DNA from: Vicugna vicugna
Taxonomy: Eukaryota
Assembly (NCBI GenBank): GCA_013265495.1
Contig: MU058206.1
Span: 1-64,000 of the forward strand
DNA length: 64,000 bases
Direction of reading: 5' to 3'
Part shown: one piece after another, positions 61,631 through 64,000 of the stretch
How positions within the stretch are numbered: position 1 is the stretch's first letter
Layout of the letters: each line of letters begins with the position of its first letter
The notes under the pieces: model-generated
Told to the model about the DNA's origin: nothing
The model's input: the letters and a program-made list of their open reading frames with translations, nothing else
Databases searched by the model: none
Made by a program: the position numbers and the translations under genes

Positions 61631-64000
61631 GTCCCCCTAGCCCTGCTTCTGCCAGGCCATCCACTGGTGCGGGGGGTCTTTGAAACATGACTGTTCTTGG
61701 TCTGCAGAGCTCTGCCGTCTCTGGTCTGTGGCAGTGAGAGTGCTGATGGCCTGGTCAAAGCTGATACAGACTCTTCTTTCTTCTGCTTCCAACAGCAAAG
61801 GGCTGCAAGTATACCCAAGGCATGCTGGGGTAAGAGGTGAGGCTGAGAACTGGTTGCTTGGACCTTGTCCTCAAGGGTGAGGTTAGTCCCATAAAGAAGT
61901 CACTTTAAACCATTAGAAGAGTTCAGAAAAGCTGCTGGGGAAGGCATGCTCTGAGCTGGCCCTGGTGGGATGTTGAAGGCTACCAAAGTTGGCAGTGGGT
62001 ATGGGAAAGGCCCGCTCTGGCTGAGGGACAGCCTGATGGAGGTGAATTTGGGAAACAGTGTGGCTGTTGGCCACAGGGCTTTAGATGGAGAGATGAGACC
62101 AGAAATCAGAAGAGGGAGGGCTGAGACCAGCAGGCAGGCTGAGGAGGCAATGGGGAGCCACAAGCATGAATTTCTGAGAGCAGGGAAAGGACGCAGTGAT
62201 GTCTTGCCATGGACGCCTCCTGAGAGGCTCGTCTCCCTCTCTAAACTGAGCCCCTGCACTAAGAGCCAGGCGTGGAGTTTTGCACTGTGAACGCAACACT
62301 CAATCAGCAGCAGAGAGGGGATTTCAAGGATCTTAGAGACAAGTCAGGGATACGAACATTAAACAAGGGACACAGACATTAACCAAGTCATCAATTACAT
62401 CTAGAATATGAGCCAGGGGCAGAGAACAGGGCATTGTACGAGCAAAGATCTGGGCCCCAAAATAGTCTGGCCAGTTGGTGAAGGCCCAGGGCACGGTGGG
62501 GTGGCTGGGAGGTCACACCCCGGCAGAGGAAAGAGAAAGAACAGGAGAGAGCCTCTGAAAGCAGCCTCCCTGTCCCCAGTTCTCATCCTCTCTCAAAGCA
62601 AAAGCCCCCAGCAGTGCTCCTGCAGGGTGCTCGGCTCGGAGCCAGCACACTCCCTCTGCCTGTGAAGCACCTGTGTGGACCCTCCTGCCTGGGCGCAGAG
62701 TCCACAGCCTGCTGAGGGCACAACCATGTGTCCCCAGGCTGTGGGAGCCCCTCTGTGTGACCATGGCAGTCTCAGGGGCCCCGCCTCACTGCTCGCAGCT
62801 CCACACATCCAGCCCCAGATGTTCCCATGCCCCATCGCCCCAGACAAAGCCCAGACAGCCGCACAGCTGGTCGGCCTGCGGGACAGCGGGCCTGCCAATA
62901 GCCCCGGGGAGGAGGGCGAAAGGGGGACACCTCAGACAAACAGAGCTGGCTCCCTGCGCTCAAGCATACACAGGTCGGAGGCCTGAGTGAGCAGGCTGGC
63001 CCGGGGCTGGGCTTAACCCTTTCTCTCCCAGCAGGGCTCCAAAGAGTCCCCTATCCACTCATCTCTGCCATTCCTCTGCCTCCAGCCAGGTGTCCCCGCC
63101 CCTCAACCACCCCAGCCAACTCTTCTGGCTGGACAAGGGAAGTCATTCCTTGCTCCCTGGGGGCAGGTTCATTCATTTTCATAGCAACAAGACACAGGTC
63201 TTTTCCCTAAGGAGTCAGGATCTGGAAGTCCTTTCTGTCGTCTGACCTTGCTCCCACTCTCTGACTCGGTGACTGCTGTCCACCTGCTACAGCAGCTGCT
63301 GACTGCCACCCCCACCCCCCCGCCAATCTCCAGTTCCCTGCAGCCTCCAAGCGAGAAGCAAGAAATGGGTCCAGGAAGAGCAGGAGGAGAAGCGATAGAG
63401 GCAGTGTCTGAGGAGGCTCTGGAACCTGTCCTGAGGGTGTTGCCTTGCTCTGGAGGAAGCAGGGTGCAGCAGGTGAAGCCTGGGCTCCCATCGCAGCCCC
63501 CCGCCCATAATAATGCGGCCCTAGACAAGTCACCGAGGTCTCTGTTAACCTGTTTGTGAGACGGCAGTGAATGTTAGAGCTGCCCTCCTGGGGCTCAGAG
63601 AAAGAAAGAGTTCAGTTTATGCAAAGTGCCTAGACTGGTACCAGCACCCAGAAACTGCTTCACCAGGGCTGCCCGTGACTGCTCGGACAACAGCAGTGCC
63701 AGCACGCTCCAGGCAGAGGCAGAGTCCGAGCCATCTCGAACTCACATGCTGGTAGCCGAGGCACACACTGAACATGTAAGCAATTAGCAAACAAGACCCT
63801 CCCAGACTATGAAGGTGATAGGAAGGCACTCAGAGTGGGGCTATTAGGGGTTCTGGACAGATGGGTAAGAGGCAGCATGGGGAGGGCTGGGGTGTTAGAG
63901 AGTGGCCATTTGTCCATCTCTCTAATTCTGTGTCCTGTTGCCCAAACAGAGACTCAAAAGTGAGCAGGCACCAGGCCCTGCACCCAAGACCTTGCCGTCC

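Noticed and set aside
1..64000. A previously undescribed biological system (CRISPR-like array, novel gene cluster, intact autonomous element)
   Set aside because: None seen. The window is explained by the NGFR gene, common mammalian repeats and putative regulatory DNA.

Overview
Mammalian genomic DNA containing one complete protein-coding gene on the + strand: NGFR (p75 neurotrophin receptor, TNFRSF16). Six coding exons (20713-20778, 27528-27669, 30894-31253, 34860-35112, 36313-36473, 37151-37452) all have GT-AG junctions. They splice into a 1284-nt ORF (427 aa + TGA) encoding a signal peptide, four cysteine-rich domains, an S/T-rich stalk, a transmembrane helix, a juxtamembrane region, a death domain and a C-terminal TSPV. 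The gene has a GC-box-rich CpG-island promoter with no evident TATA box and a ~1.95 kb 3'UTR ending at an ATTAAA signal. The tRNA-derived SINEs resemble the camelid Vic-1 family, so the source is probably alpaca, llama or camel (inference). The rest is intergenic or intronic: MIR, L2, MaLR/LTR33, MER33, several L1 fragments including a nested antisense L1/SINE cluster at ~51-58 kb, simple repeats and one 93-N gap. Almost all other ORFs in the track are GC-rich or repeat-derived noise. I found no convincing undescribed biological system. The best leads are candidate enhancers, CTCF sites, a few unusual receptor substitutions, a possible antisense exon, a possible TIR element and a likely false assembly gap. 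Repeat family names and human comparisons come from memory, not from a search.
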